The notes beneath the pieces were generated by a model. That model saw only the letters and a list, made by a program, of their open reading frames with translations, made no database searches and was not told the origin of the DNA. Below are positions 35,843-49,400 of a stretch of 64,000 bases of DNA, piece after piece. This DNA is from Tricharina praecox (taxonomy: Eukaryota): positions 1-64,000 of the forward strand of contig NW_026250443.1 of assembly GCF_024521635.1 (NCBI RefSeq), given 5' to 3'. The position numbers and the translations under genes are program-made. How positions within the stretch are numbered: the stretch's first letter is position 1; each line of letters opens with the position of its first letter.

Positions 35843-38800
35843 TGGGTGGGACGGTGGGAGCCTTATGCACGCCATGCAACCACCGGTTAGTTTTGCAAAT
35901 TGATGTCGGTAACGACATCACTGCCTGGAGTACTTTGTATGCAGATGTGTGTGTACTCTATGTGCTCTGGACTCTGGAGAGAGGCCTAGAGGATGAAAGA
36001 CCGGTGTAGATACAGGCAGGTGTAGAAGAGCGAGAAGGTGCAGCATTCTCTACACCACCTACCCACCTACCGACTCTACTATGGATCATCGCCTTACGAG
36101 CTTGTTAGGCTTGTGCATAAGGCTTGTGGCAAGACTCCCCGAGCTGAACGAGCTGAAGATCATGCAACTTGCAAGTCAACGTGCAATGTGCAAAGACACG
36201 TCGCTGGGAGGACCGCTAGTATCTAGTATACACAGACTAGTATACGCGAAGCTGAAGCCTGGGTGACTTGTGCTCTAAGTTGTCGCCGGATAAGAATCCA
36301 CCGGCGTGCTTTGCGCCTATCTACACATCTGTCTATCGTGGTGCTCTAGGTGCTCGACAAGTCGCGCAGTAGTTGGTTTGCGCCTTAGATACTTGGCGGA
36401 TTGACGTTTGTAGTCTGTTGTGCATACTCTCCACTAATCTAGAGCAGAGTGTGAAGGCTTTCCATGAAGAGGATCACGATTTACTGCGCGAGTAAGTCTG
36501 GGCAGTCAACAGTGGACAGTGGACAGCGGACAAGCGAGCGAAACGATGCCCGTTTTCATCGCTGGGACCATACAATCACTACTACTATTACTACAAGTTA
36601 CTATGGTTGGTACCCACGAGTCGCGCGCACTCGTTCATCCAGTCAGTCGGTCAGCCAGTCATCCAGCCAGTAGGTCATCCAGTCAGTCGGTCAGCCAGTC
36701 ATCCAGTAGGTCATCCAGCCAGTCAATCATCCGCCAGCCGGGTAGAGTATTATCCCATTACCCAGTGACCGGAAAACCCCCAGGCGGCCGCACGGGGTCT
36801 AGAATATTGGTCTATTGGGGCCGAGTGAGCCCGCGTGAGCTCGCGTGACGACCCGTGTCGCCCCCCCCCTCGCTCATCCCGGCTCCGGAGACCCGAGTGG
36901 GAAGGTTGATGCGCTCTATTCACCTCCTACATACCTCCTGCTGCCATTGAGTGCCGGTATGCAAGTCTCCAGAGTAGAGCAGAGTGCATACGCGGCCGCC
37001 GTGTCATCGCAATTTCGGTATCTCTGTACTCTCTGTAGAGCTGACCGTAGAGCTGCCCGTGGGGTTCATGAATTAGTGCGTGAATGGGTGCGTGCGGGAC
37101 CTACATACTCTACATACCGTCCGCCTTCCCTTCAGGAGTAACGGAACCTAGAGTGCCCCAACTGTGTTCGGGACCATTGTTTTTCCGCCGTGAGGTCGTG
37201 GGGTCGTGGGCGGCAGGGAGATTTGGATGGGGGCGCTGTACTCTATGTAGAATACGGGGGGTGGTGATGTGGGCTGACCGTGGTCGGTGATGCCGGTGAT
37301 GTCGGCTGCAGGTTCTTTCAGCCGCACCGTACTACCGTGTAACAGTACATACGTGTCACGGTGCGTGAGTGTGGAACTTGAAAGAATGGAATTTGGCGGA
37401 ACGTGACGTGGGATGCGGATGTTGGTATTCTAGGTAGAGGAGACACGTAGGGAGGGAGGTAGGTAGGAAAATACTCTAGGGAGGAAGGAAGGGAGACATG
37501 AAGCGACGTTGAGCAGACTTGCGGACTTGCGACCCCGTCTCCTGTTGCGACTCGGCGACTCCGGGGTTCTGGGACTCAGCGTGGCAAATCGTGAGTTTAT
37601 GTTGCCCTTCAGGCTTGGACTACTGTATACTACCCTCAATATATATACTCCAATAGACACCTCGATCCGGTCAAAAGATCGGCGAAGATCGGCAGCGCGA
37701 GTGATTCGTTGTGAATCGTGATACGTACCGTCGGTGACCACTGGCTGCAACCAGCATCAGCAGCAGCCTCGTGTGATGATTCGTAGCGCCAGTTCACCAC
37801 GTCTGTACAGGTAGAGAGACAGCCCCACCGCCCGTTCCATCAAGCCCAACAAATTGACATCCGCAGACAGACAGAAAGACAGCCAGCCCACCGCCTCATT
37901 CCACCGCACACGGTACCATAGTCATCTATTAATCTCCACAAGTGCAATACCGTCACAAACCTAGCGGACCCATCAGCCGACCCGAGCCGACCCTTCAGCC
38001 CGCCATCAGCCCGTCCATCAGCCCGCCCACCATCACGGTACACAGTAAACGGTGTAACGAGCCAACGACCTCGCACTAACTATATACTACATATATAGAC
38101 ATTGTCGTATCCGGCGCCACCTGCCCCCCACTCCAATAAACCAAACAAACGGCGAAGAATTCCCCGCGCCAGCGGCCGAACCGAACCCGCCCGTCCCGTC
38201 CTGTACCGTCCAGTCCCATCCGCAGACTGGGAGCATCTCCATCGCACCCTCCATCGTGCTGGCCGCAGTGCAGGCAAAAAGGCAAGCAGTAGCGTGACGG
38301 CGCCATTCAACGTCCCTCAGGCCCAATCACCTGGCGATGGCATACCCACATGTGTACCGTACAGTGTTTTGATAGGTAGATGTTTACATGTGTAGCGGCA
38401 TCGGTACACATCGCACCGCAAAGTTCGTGCGTGAAGCGTCTGCAGGTGGAGAGGCCGCTGTACGGTCATACGGTACGTTCCGGTGGCGTTTCAGCCGCTG
38501 CTGATGCTGCTGCTGCCGATGATGCTGCTGCGGATGCTACTGGTGCGATCTGCTGGTGCCATCTGCTGGCGAGGCTGATGCTGCGAGGTACTCTACTGCT
38601 GCGAGGTACAATACGTACTGCTGCGAGGTGTCACCCGGATTTGGGGCGGTGTCTCACCCCCACCAGGACCCCACCAATTGGCGGCGAGACTGCGGGATTG
38701 GGGTGGGATTGGTGCGGGATAGGTGCGGTGTTGTACCGGTTATTGGCTATACTGGCTATACGGCCTATATGCATACTATCTATACCACCTATTACGGTGA

Positions 38801-39948
38801 AATAGTAATGCGGTGGCGTCTCCCGCTCGACTGCGCAGTGAGCGCGATGGATCCGCTGTATGTATAGTAGAGTACCTGCGCCGGTGGGTCGTTACGCATG
38901 AATGCATGCACTGCCTACCCGACCAATAGCTGTGCACAAACAAACCGCTCCAACGCTCGATAGCCAGTCGTCCAACAGCTGCAGGGACTTTCGGGTTGAA
39001 AAACGCCACTTGGAGGTGGTGTTCTAACTATTACTGATTGTTACAGCATGTTATCACAGCGCATCACTCACTCCACGGAATCTCATCTGAAGATTCCTAG
39101 GATTTGCAGACGGGAACTCGGTCACGGAGGATAATGTCTCACGTCTACAGTTTTCTTTCGAAGTCGAGGGCTGAATGCGGCCCATGAAGTGACTGTTGGA
39201 GGTGAGCCCCTGCCGCGCCCTAGAGGGCTGCGAACCTACGGTGATGCGGCCGACCTGCTCGAGTGGACGTTTGTGGGAGGGGCTGAGGTAGAGTACGTAG
39301 ATCTGCCGTCTCTGAGAGCGGTACGGAACTTACCCGAGTGCTTGCCCCCTCGCCGAGCTGATGCACTGGTACTCTACTTGAAGGCGAAGCGGAATCTGCC
39401 GAACACAATCGCCCAACAACTCATCGGTGTCCAGCCGAGCGTGTGATGCACGGGAATTCCCAGCCGAGAGTCGTCAATGCGGCAGTTGCCGCAAGACAGA
39501 GGACGGAGGACAGAACGCCCTCCTCTCTCGCCTACATACGCACACCCATATTCTGCAACGTAAGTCTTACACTGCAGGCTTCGGTTCGTGTGAGTGCTCG
39601 CCAGTGATGCAAATGATCGGAAGTACATTCCGTAGCCGGTTGGGGGCGCACCAGGTTGGGAACGGTCCGGCTGGCACATAGTAAAAGAGAGGAAATCAAG
39701 TCGTGAATGAGATCAAGTCGTGAGTGAGATCTTGGAAATAACTATAAGCTCCAACTCATCACCTCCACCATTCTGACGACGCAAGCACTCGGTCTCACTA
39801 CTGTAACCACAACGATGCTGTATATTCTATCCCCCTTGGACTGTACGGCAACGCGATCTAGGTACCATTGGAAGAATTCCACCCCAAGTCGAAACCCAAA
39901 ACAATCAGAAAGCAGAATACACTCTGAACAAGAAATCCCAACACACAG

Positions 39949-40791
39949 CTACACAAGCTCCCACTCATCGCCGCCACCACCGGGCATGTACGTCACGAGC
40001 GGTACCTCGGACTCCCAGGTTGCGTCTGAACAAGTGTCCCACATGACACCGACAACCTTGTTTACGAGCGTGCCGAATTCCCAATGCGTATCTTTGGCGC
40101 TCATTTCCAGATGGTTAGTTGGCCGCTCCGAGACGGAGACGTACTTGCGGTTGTCTGGGTTGATAGCCCCGGGGGTGAGCGTCTCTGCAACCGCGCGAAC
40201 GCTGACCTTGTCCAGCCTGACCAGCACCACTGGCGCGCGGTCGGCGTCCGAGAAAGTCCCGGTTCTCGTGATGCAGAACTTTGTGCGGCGCGAGACGGAG
40301 GTGCGGATCTGATTGGCCCAGACGTACCAGTAGAGATTTGGCTGCCGGCGGTTGCGGATGAAGTACTCGCCGCCGCTGATCCAGTCCGGGCCCAGCTCGG
40401 GGTTCTGGATGATCGGCCACGTCGAATTGCCGTCGCCGTTCGGTAGCAGCTGCGTCATGAACGTGTTCTTGAACTGTGGCAGGTCGTTGCGCATCTGGAA
40501 CCGGAGGATCGACTCCCACGACTCTGCATGTGCACGGTAAGTAATGCGATCGAAGCATGGGCTGGTAATGATGGACATACCGGGCGAATCGTAGCACCAG
40601 AATTGCGCCGACGTGCGAATCAACACCGGAAACAGATGGCGATTCCCGCTCTGCAAATCTTTTAGGTCGCGAAACAGTTCGTCGGCTTCGTATCTGGAGC
40701 TGAAAGTGAGGAGATAGCGACCGTGTTTGGCAGAAGCGTTGTTATCGGCGGCTTTCGTCCACTTCAGGAACACATAGAAGAGGCCAGACAT
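39949..40791 (-). CDS. Uncharacterised protein (~260 aa after one intron)
   Basis: Long ORF with coding-like composition; in-frame intron 40580-40524 (GTATGT...CAG); Trp-rich C-terminal half ending GDEWELV. Confidence 0.75.
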   Translation of the reverse strand: MSGLFYVFLKWTKAADNNASAKHGRYLLTFSSRYEADELFRDLKDLQSGNRHLFPVLIRTSAQFWCYDSPGMSIITSPCFDRITYRAHAESWESILRFQMRNDLPQFKNTFMTQLLPNGDGNSTWPIIQNPELGPDWISGGEYFIRNRRQPNLYWYVWANQIRTSVSRRTKFCITRTGTFSDADRAPVVLVRLDKVSVRAVAETLTPGAINPDNRKYVSVSERPTNHLEMSAKDTHWEFGTLVNKVVGVMWDTCSDATWESEVPLVTYMPGGGGDEWELV

Positions 40792-42253
40792 TTTCGCTGG
40801 GCCGAGTGGGCGAGGCTGATACAGGCTTACTACACGACGGTGAAGAGTAAAGGGCCGAAGAGAAACGTTGAACTTGAAGAAAGTGGGGTAGATAATAGTT
40901 AGTTGATTAGGTTTCCCTCCCCGCTATGTTCTCATGTACGAGGTACATGAACTACTCTCGTGCCAAGAGGCTCGGTGAAGCCTGATTGGATGGCTGTCGT
41001 ACCAAGCTGCGAAACCAATCAACAAAGAGTGGATCGATGATCGCCAAAAGAAAAAGGTTTGTATCACAATTACCGAGCATCGCGAATGGAATAAATCTTC
41101 TTAAGCTGGAGAGTTGCTGTATGAGCGATCAGAGGGTTGCGTGTAACCTTTCAGAGGACTCAGGAGTACTACTGACGTATCGTTGAAGGAATCTGGCGAA
41201 AATGAAAGATGATGAAGAAATTGAGGTTGTATTCAACTTCGAAGAGCCATCTAATATGGCTCACCTCCACTGCCTACGACGTTCGGTGTCACTCCATCCG
41301 TCATGCGACCTGTCTAGATCATGACACTGTCTACCCATACACCTCCCCGCCCCCCGGTTTCCTCGCCACTGTCCAACTCGACTTTCACCGAGCGGTCCGA
41401 TGTGGCTTCCCCTGCCCTCAGCCCCGGCCTGTCTCTATCCTATGTATTGTACCTGCCGAAATCACGCGATTAACAAACGTTCACGCGACGAGCCATATCT
41501 CATGACTCACCTACGGTCCTGATCGAATAGGTACTCTTTACCGCCAGCTCCACGAACATAGAAACTAAATGGAACCAACCGGTTAGGCGGAAGCTTTACG
41601 ATCATAGAGAAGTATCGAGCACTGCACATTAGTACCAACTGCTGCTGCGTGTATGGGCGATGCGGCGAGGAATTCAAGGTCTGCTATGTCCGTCGTCCCG
41701 TCGGAGATGCCAATGACATGAGATTACCGATTGAGCAAAGATTTATAGTAGATAGCAGAAAAATCAGTGAATAGGTACCACTTCTTCCTGCCGGGTAATG
41801 ATATCGTTGGTACAGATACACACGGCTCCTTCGTCGCCACGTTGCTTTGTGGGCGAGTCGAGTCATATCACATGAACCGCCGGCCGGGTGGATATGAGTG
41901 AACGTCCCGGATGATCGTAGAGATAGTCTGAGACTCGTCTTGATATTGCGTATACCGGTATCCAACAGTTGTCCGTACGCACGGCGTCTGCTGCGACTTC
42001 CTCGCCCGTTCCGCTCATCACCGGCCGCATTTCCCCAGCCGCGTTTCTGTATGCACAAGCCCTTGCCCCGATGCGCCATGTCCACATCACGGCCGGTCCA
42101 CAATCGGAGACCGTGGGCTCGGCAGCATGTTGCCACCACTACCACTGTATTGCATCCTCCACTCTCTCTTCTCCTTTCTACTCCTTCACCTTTGAATACG
42201 AACTCCCGTCACACAGCAACTTACCGCCAACACCTAAACAGCAACCGCGCGAG

Positions 42254-43695
42254 ATGGCCGAACAGACTTTAAGCAAACCTCTCGGTGAGTATGCGCACCA
42301 GCCTTCGGCCCCCGCCGGTTGTCAGCTTCTGCCCCCGAACGACAAAGGTCTTTCTAAGCTGGACAGCCTCAATGTCAACATACACCGTTAGATCGTCAAG
42401 CATCTTCCGCTGGTTTCCACCCACCCTCAAGTTGGGTAGTGCATCCAAGTGGTTCAAGGAGCTGGCCGACAGGGAGTGCAAGAGTCAGCTGTATCTGGAA
42501 CCGCCTGTTGATGACCTTCCTCCTTATGGGGGGGGATGATGGTGCCGACATAAGCGCGGACATGGTTGAGGATGATATCGACTGCATCCATCCCGTCTTC
42601 TCCCGAATTGTGATTAAGCTAATGGCCCCGTTCCTGAGTGTCATCATTCCGGGTGTGGGTGAGCATAGCACACCCTTGTTTGGGCTTGAAGTGCAGCATG
42701 CCTTCGCCACTCGGCCGGCGGTCAAGTCGCTCAAGATTCGGATTCTCGCCACGGGTCATATGGGAAAGCACTATGAGGTGTAATGCGAGATCGTACACAG
42801 CCAGGCAATCACCATCAGCAGTCTTCTTCAGCAGCTGATCGTGTTATAAGTATCACTTCGCTGCGTGGGCAACTTGAAAGTCATGCTGATTCGTGACATA
42901 GCTTGAATCAACATGCGTTCCCGTCCATCTCGTATGCCGAGTGGTTCGGAGAAGACGTCTGTGCCACCCATGGGCTCATGCCGAAGAAGGCCATACTCAA
43001 TAGCGAGCTACTCAGAGAGGAGTATGTCGCCTTCTCATCGCCTCGCTTGCTGCACCTTGGTTGACAGGAATGATAGGCTCCCCCGTGTCTGGTTCGTAAA
43101 TCCGGATAACCGTCGCGAGATCCACATCGATCTCAACCTCGACAGGTGCTTGAACGACAGCATGCCGGAGACGGAACCAGAGCCCCGCGTTGCCTCCGGT
43201 AGAGTCCCTCTCCCAAGCGAGCTCAGCACCGAGAACAGATTGGACATCACCGACGACGTCCGGGGAACCATCCCACCTAGCACTCCAGCTAGCCTTCCTA
43301 TTTTTCTCCCTCTCACGATTATCCACCGCCGCTCGCCCTGTATCGTGCATTACAGCTCCCCCAACGTCGCCAGAAACCTCTTCATAGAGCTCAAAACAAG
43401 AACTACTACGTACAGATGGGACATCACCGACGCCGTCCCCTCTAGCCTTTTTCCTGACAGCATCACGCGTGTCGGCGCCCCCTCGCCCGCTGTACTCGCT
43501 CATGGGAGATCCCCCGACATCTTCAGAAACCCGTTCATCGATTTCGGCACAGGAAATAATACTAGCTACAGATGGTACATCATCGACGAGGTCCCGGTAT
43601 CCATCCGACCTAACCCTCCCGCTAGCCTTCCTCTTGACAGGATCACGCTTGTCTGCGCCCCCTCGCCCGCTGTACTCGCTCATGACAGCTCCTGA
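42254..43695 (+). pseudogene. Possible disrupted gene of unknown function with C-terminal ~55-60-aa repeats
   Basis: ATG 42254 plus GTGAGT donor, broken ORFs 42439-42783 and 42913-43695; three related blocks starting (R)WDITD / RWYIID. Confidence 0.4.
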
Positions 43696-44299
43696 CACCC
43701 TCGACACTTCCAGCAACGGAAGCGATACCGAGAACGAATGATGGGGGAATAGAGATGATGATGATGATGATGGTTTTCTGTCTTTCTGTGTTTAGATTGG
43801 CTGGAGCATAGAATAGAATAAAAGCGTCAGAGGGGATAACGGAAATTCGATACCTGCTATTGTGACTGTGACTTTGACTATAGTATCCCGCTTCGTTTGA
43901 ATGTTCACGTGCGTAGGTGTAGGTTTTGCGGAAGTTGATGTGCATACCTATTCGTTATGCCCCAGTACTAGTGTGGTGGTGGGGCAAGAGAACGATATCT
44001 CGACCACTTTATAGATACCTAATGTAGCCGCCACACGACCGAATACGCGTGATATAATGTACACTAGAATCCGAATTCAAAAAATTATAATATTCTACCA
44101 AGAACTGGTGCTCGTTATATTTATAATACAGTAGAGTTCTCGAATCTCGAGAACCAACCGCCGGAGGATTTCGTGTCGCGGCAGGGGGAGCAGCGGGGAG
44201 CAAGCGGGCGAGATACCGTTGGGCGGATTCAGTGGCCGTGACGACTTTGTACCGGTCACTACACTGGGGACGGGACTGGGGCGGGACGTAAATTGTAAT

Positions 44300-46120
44300 T
44301 GGCGGGGCAGTGGGATCATGGCGTATCACTCGACAGTGCTGCCACTTTGTCGATAGGACGATAGGACGATGGCCTGACTGCCCTTTGTAAACTTGTTGTT
44401 TCTTGTCACGATCCAGCTACTATTGGGTCTGCCTTGCTTGCGTGCCGAAGGTATGCATCGATACTCCGTGTACCGCTGGGCAGTGGGGCGGCAGATCATG
44501 AGATATCACTAGACAGCACTGGGACTTTGTCGATGGGACGATGGAACAAACACCTGACTGCCAGTTGTAGACTTATTGTATCTTACCACGATCTAGCTAA
44601 TGCATTGTAGCCCGCATGGAATCAATGATTAAACACAAAAAGCCTGTTGCTAGAGTATCTCGTCGGAATTCTGGCGCAATCCTCTCGGAATTATCTCGCA
44701 ATTCCCCCGCTATGGCTAGTCACTGGTAGGATAGATTATGGACTCTGGAGGTCTGCGTAGCTCGACTCTCGAGCGCTAAAGGTGCAGTGGCAAAATGGGG
44801 CGTTTATCGGGACAGGAGTGTTACTAGACTTGTGTAATTTCAGCATCGCTTCGGTATTCCGATAGAATACCGAGCTCAACGGAATGCGGATTCATACGAA
44901 TGGGCCGTGCGTGAAATCCTGTCGTCTTACTAGAGTTGTGACAGTGCAACGTTTTTACAATGCACATATTTCTGAAATACCCGTGACAGATGCCTGATCG
45001 TATGACTCCGTGAACCTTCCTAAATGCTGCGTTTGTAGGTAGGCTTATGTACCTACTTTAGGTGGTGCCGTATTGTTTCAGCAACGATCCGTCACTGTTC
45101 CATTGTGACGACGACGTGTTTTGCGAGACCACCGGTTCCCAATACAACGTTGTGAATACCATACCAACACTTTCGGGCCTCGGCCACAGAAATGCAGTCT
45201 TAGCTGCAGTTGGCACCCGCCTAACTACCGACCGGTTTCAACGCAGAAGCCGGATTCTACATACAGAACTTCGGTTTAGTACGGTACCTTCTACTACTAC
45301 TGCTCCTTGCATTGCTCGACTCGCCGCGGATAGCGTTTCTTCTACTGCCCCCCCATACCTGGTACTCCGTGAACCGCTCTGAGCGGCCGATCATGAAGTA
45401 TCACTAAACAGCACTTGCACTTTGTCTGTTGAAAATATGAGTGAGAGATTATTCAGTTGCTTTATTCATTCGCAGAACATAGGGGATGACTAGATAGACA
45501 TACTAGACAGAAGCAGAAGAAGAAGCAAGTATGAGAATAAACAGGATTCTGGAGGCGCACTCGACTTGGCGCATATGACCATTATGACAAATGTGCAATA
45601 TCTTGGACGAGTGACGACGGTGGCTTTTCAACCAGAATGAGAAACGCAACATTGTCGATGGGACGATGGGACAATGGGAGGATGGTCTGGCTGCCCGTTG
45701 CAGTCTCTTGTCTCGACCTAGCTACTAGTAGGTCTACCTGGTTTGCGCGCTGACGGTGTGCATTGGGAGGGGTAAATCATGAGATATCACCACACAGAAC
45801 TCACACTTGTCGATGAGGCGATGGCCTGGGTGGTAGCTATCCGTTGTTTTCTCTTGCCATGATCTAGCCACTAGTAGGTCTACCTAGCTCGAGCGCTGAA
45901 GTATACTCCGTGTATAGCTGGGAGTGGCAAATCATGCGATATCACTCACAGAACTGGCACTTTGTCGATTGGACGATGGCCTGGCTGCCTATTCTTAGTG
46001 TATCTTGTCGGATATCTCACAATTCTCACAGTTCTCTCGCTCAGGCTGGTCAGGTCATTGGTGGGATGGATCATGTGGCATGGAGGTCTGCCCGGCCGAC
46101 TCTCGAGCGCTGAAGGTATC
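44300..46120. repeat. Degenerate non-coding repeat array, ~155-180-bp unit, about 6 copies
   Basis: Core ATCATG.GATATCAC...ACTTTGTCGAT.GGACGATGG at 44315, 44495, 45390 (partial), ~45652 (partial), 45776, 45931. Confidence 0.85.
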
Positions 46121-46281
46121 TACTTCCTGGCCATGCAGATAAACATGCTTTTCCTTTCCTTTATACGGAGACTGCATGATAGTTATCTACCCCGAGTCAG
46201 GTCGGAAGCAGAATCCAGAGTCCAGACGCTTTCGATTGCTACACCATGACGACGACGACCACCACCACCGCCCGTTCCCTG

Positions 46282-46412
46282 CCTCCAAGCCTCCAAGCCT
46301 CCAAGCCTCCAAGACTCCAAGACTCCAAGACGTTGAGACTTCAAGACCCCAAGACTTCCTAACTCTAGAACTTTAAGCCTCCAAGACTCCAAGACTCCAA
46401 GACTCCAAGACT
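46282..46412. repeat. (CTCCAAG[A/C])n-type short tandem repeat
   Basis: Seen directly, two interrupted runs. Confidence 0.85.
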
Positions 46413-49400
46413 TTGAGATAAGCATCGCCATTAAGCATCCCCTCTGCCCACTGCCGACTACCACCAGCACTAACAAGTAAAAAGTAAAAAGTAGAAAGTC
46501 CCACGTTCGAGATAGCCTATGTAGATAGAGATAGCGACGTCACCAGCCGAAAATACTCGTTGAGACATTGGCGGAAGGCCCCTGTAAGCCTGATCGGATC
46601 GCTCCAGGCAGCGAAGAGGAGGGGGGTCGGACGGTGGGGAGCACCATTCACGACGATCAATCGGTACATACATACACTCCAGCCGGCTACTCAGCGGTGG
46701 AGTACAAGCCAGCGAACCCACCTAGCCCAGCGCCCAGCGCCCAGCCGCCGCGTGCGCAACTACTAGCCGCCATATCTATGTTCGCCAGCCGCCCGCCGCC
46801 GCCCGGAGTCTCGGCGGCGCACGTGGGTCAACGCCGAGCTCAGGTACGGGACGATGACGGCAGGCGATGCTCTACTAGTGCTATATACACGCAGCAGCAC
46901 TCGCGCCACAGCCACGTGGGTACTCTAATCGACTGCCGCGCGGTGCGGAAGCCACCTGCTCCATCACTGGCTAGATGTGTATTTACCTAACTATCGCAGG
47001 ATTCGGCGGTCTGGATGCCATGGCGTGTATGTAAGGTGGTTTTGCCTACATACCGTACTGGTTCCGCGTTCAGTGTTCACGGGTCACTCGTCTTGCTCAA
47101 CGCTCGACGCTCGTTCCGTAACTTCTGTTAGCGACTCGTGAGGGTCCCGTGTTTGGGACGTGGGAGTGTCGTGCTGTTTCTGCTGTCCCCAGTGTCCTGT
47201 CCTCTCTTCTCCATGTATGCCACGAGTACCGGTAACCGTAGGCGGGGTGGGAACTTGGAAGGCGGGGAGGCGGCTGATGGCGGGATTTCTTTTCTTATCT
47301 CACTGCAGTGGCGTACCTACAGGCTACTACTCGACCACTAGTACGCGGGGATTGTCCCGTAGCGGAATTTGCCTCCCATCGCTCGTCTTCCCCACTCGTC
47401 AGTTCCCCGCTCGTCTTTCCCGCTGCCCATGCCTCGAGTCGCTGGCGTCGTTTGAACTTGAGCTTGCGGACGCCGGATTCACGCGGACGCCGGAATCACG
47501 TGGCCACGCCGCCACGCAAATGGCTCGGCTTCCCCGCTCCCCGCTCTTCGCTCCGCCTGCGGACCTTCATAGAGCAGTCTAGTTTAGTCTAGTCTAGTCT
47601 AGAGTACATAGAGTAGGCAGTGGGGTGGCGGCGATTCCAGATTCCAACGCGACGAAGAGAACGCCGCCATGTGGTGTTGTATGGCCATAGTTGAAGCTGC
47701 AATCGACCGCGACGAAGGAGCAGATCATCGCATCCGTGTGAAAGATCTCGTCGCCACCTGTGTATGCACCATACCCACCACCGACCGACCACCGCCGCAT
47801 CGTGAAGAAAGAAAAAATCCCCGCAAAAAATAATAAGAATGAGCTTCCAGCAGCCAGCTTCCCCGCCCCGCCGCACCCCCGCTCTTCGGCCGCCCGTGTG
47901 GGGGCTGGACTCTCGACTCTGGAGCCCGCCCCCCGACTCCGCACGCGGCACAGCCCACCTTCCTTGCACCTGGCACCAGCGGCCAAATCCCAGACCCCAG
48001 AGCTCTTACATACTCTAGTCTTGGAGGCTTGGCTCAGCCCCTCAGATAGTTACGGTCGCACTCGTATCCCCCTCCCCCGTGTCGCCGGGATGTTGTATTA
48101 CCTACTCTACACCCACATACCCACATGCCCACATACCCAGTGCCCACATACGAGCGGCAGTAGACGTACGTGGAGGGATGAAGGATGAGGGATCATATTA
48201 CTCTGCGGTATGGTATATAGAGTGCCGCACATACGAGGATGGGGATGAATGGATAAACTGTGTTGTGTTCCTGGCATTAGCGAGCTGCGATGAGGTGGTG
48301 GGTGTGCGGGGAAAAAGTGGGTAGGTTTGGTCGGCGAGGGAGGTATCTACTCTAGGTACTCTGGAGAGAAAGAGAGAGAAGCGGTGATGTGTGTTCTTTC
48401 TTTGTCGGGGGATGGAGGAATACATAGAGGACGGGATGGCGAGGAATTCGAGAGGGGGCGGAGAGGGCGAGAGAGAGCGAGGGAGGGGCCGGGTCGACGT
48501 TTAGACCGTTCTGTTCGGATCTCCTCCGTCAATTGCCTCCCGCTACGCCTATCCTCGTTGTGCCTGCCGGTTTGGGACAGGGCTGTGCTGGAGGGAGGAC
48601 TTTGGAGTCTGGAATTTTATTTACGAATTCTTTTTGTTTTGTTTCAGTATCTCATTCTGGTTTTATTCTTCAGCTTTTATTTCGTTTCGAACATTCTCCT
48701 CTGCAGATGCGAGGACGCGCCGGCGTCGCCAGCTTACGGGCTCATTCATTCCTCCATTCTTTCCTTGTTGCGGCTGGGGCTGAGGGGGCTGAGACAGTCA
48801 AGCCGGGAGATTACGTTATCGCTTCGTCTCTCGTTTTGTCTTGTCTGTTGTCTCTCGTCTCTCCTCTCGTCTTGTCTCGCATCTCACGTCTCTACGCTCG
48901 CCTCCCGGTGCCCGGTTTCCGGTGTCCGGCATCCGGCCTCCGGCCTCCGGGGTAGCGGTCGAGCGCTCGGAACCACCGCTCTCGGCGCCCAGCCGGAGGT
49001 GGAAACGCGTCCGTGCACTGGCCAACGCGCGAGGCGAGACGAGACAACGAGGCTTGGATCGCGAGCGACGGGAGAGCCACAGCTCAGGCAGTTCAGCCAC
49101 AGACCGAGCCGCTGGCAACTTGTAAGGAGATGCGCTGCTGATGCTGGCGGTGGGGGCAATTGGGCAACTCGGGGGCCAGAACACTCTAGGTACTCTATTG
49201 CGGAGTGGCTGGGCCATCTTCCCGGCCCCTCTCTGTAGAGTACAGATGTATGCAGAGTGTGCAGAGTACTCTACAGTGTACCGTAGATACAGTGTGCTCT
49301 ATTTTATATTCACATAGGAGGTGTCTGGGTACGGGCTGAAGCCTGGACTTTGAAGCCTGAAGCGCGTGAGGAATCTTTCTTTGTTCGTCTCTCCTGAAGG

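Noticed and set aside
44300..46120. CRISPR-like array
   Set aside because: Eukaryotic context, units diverged along their whole length with no unique spacers, no cas genes.
48327..49238. 303-aa ORF in the intergenic region
   Set aside because: Non-ATG start, low-complexity composition, no domain signal.
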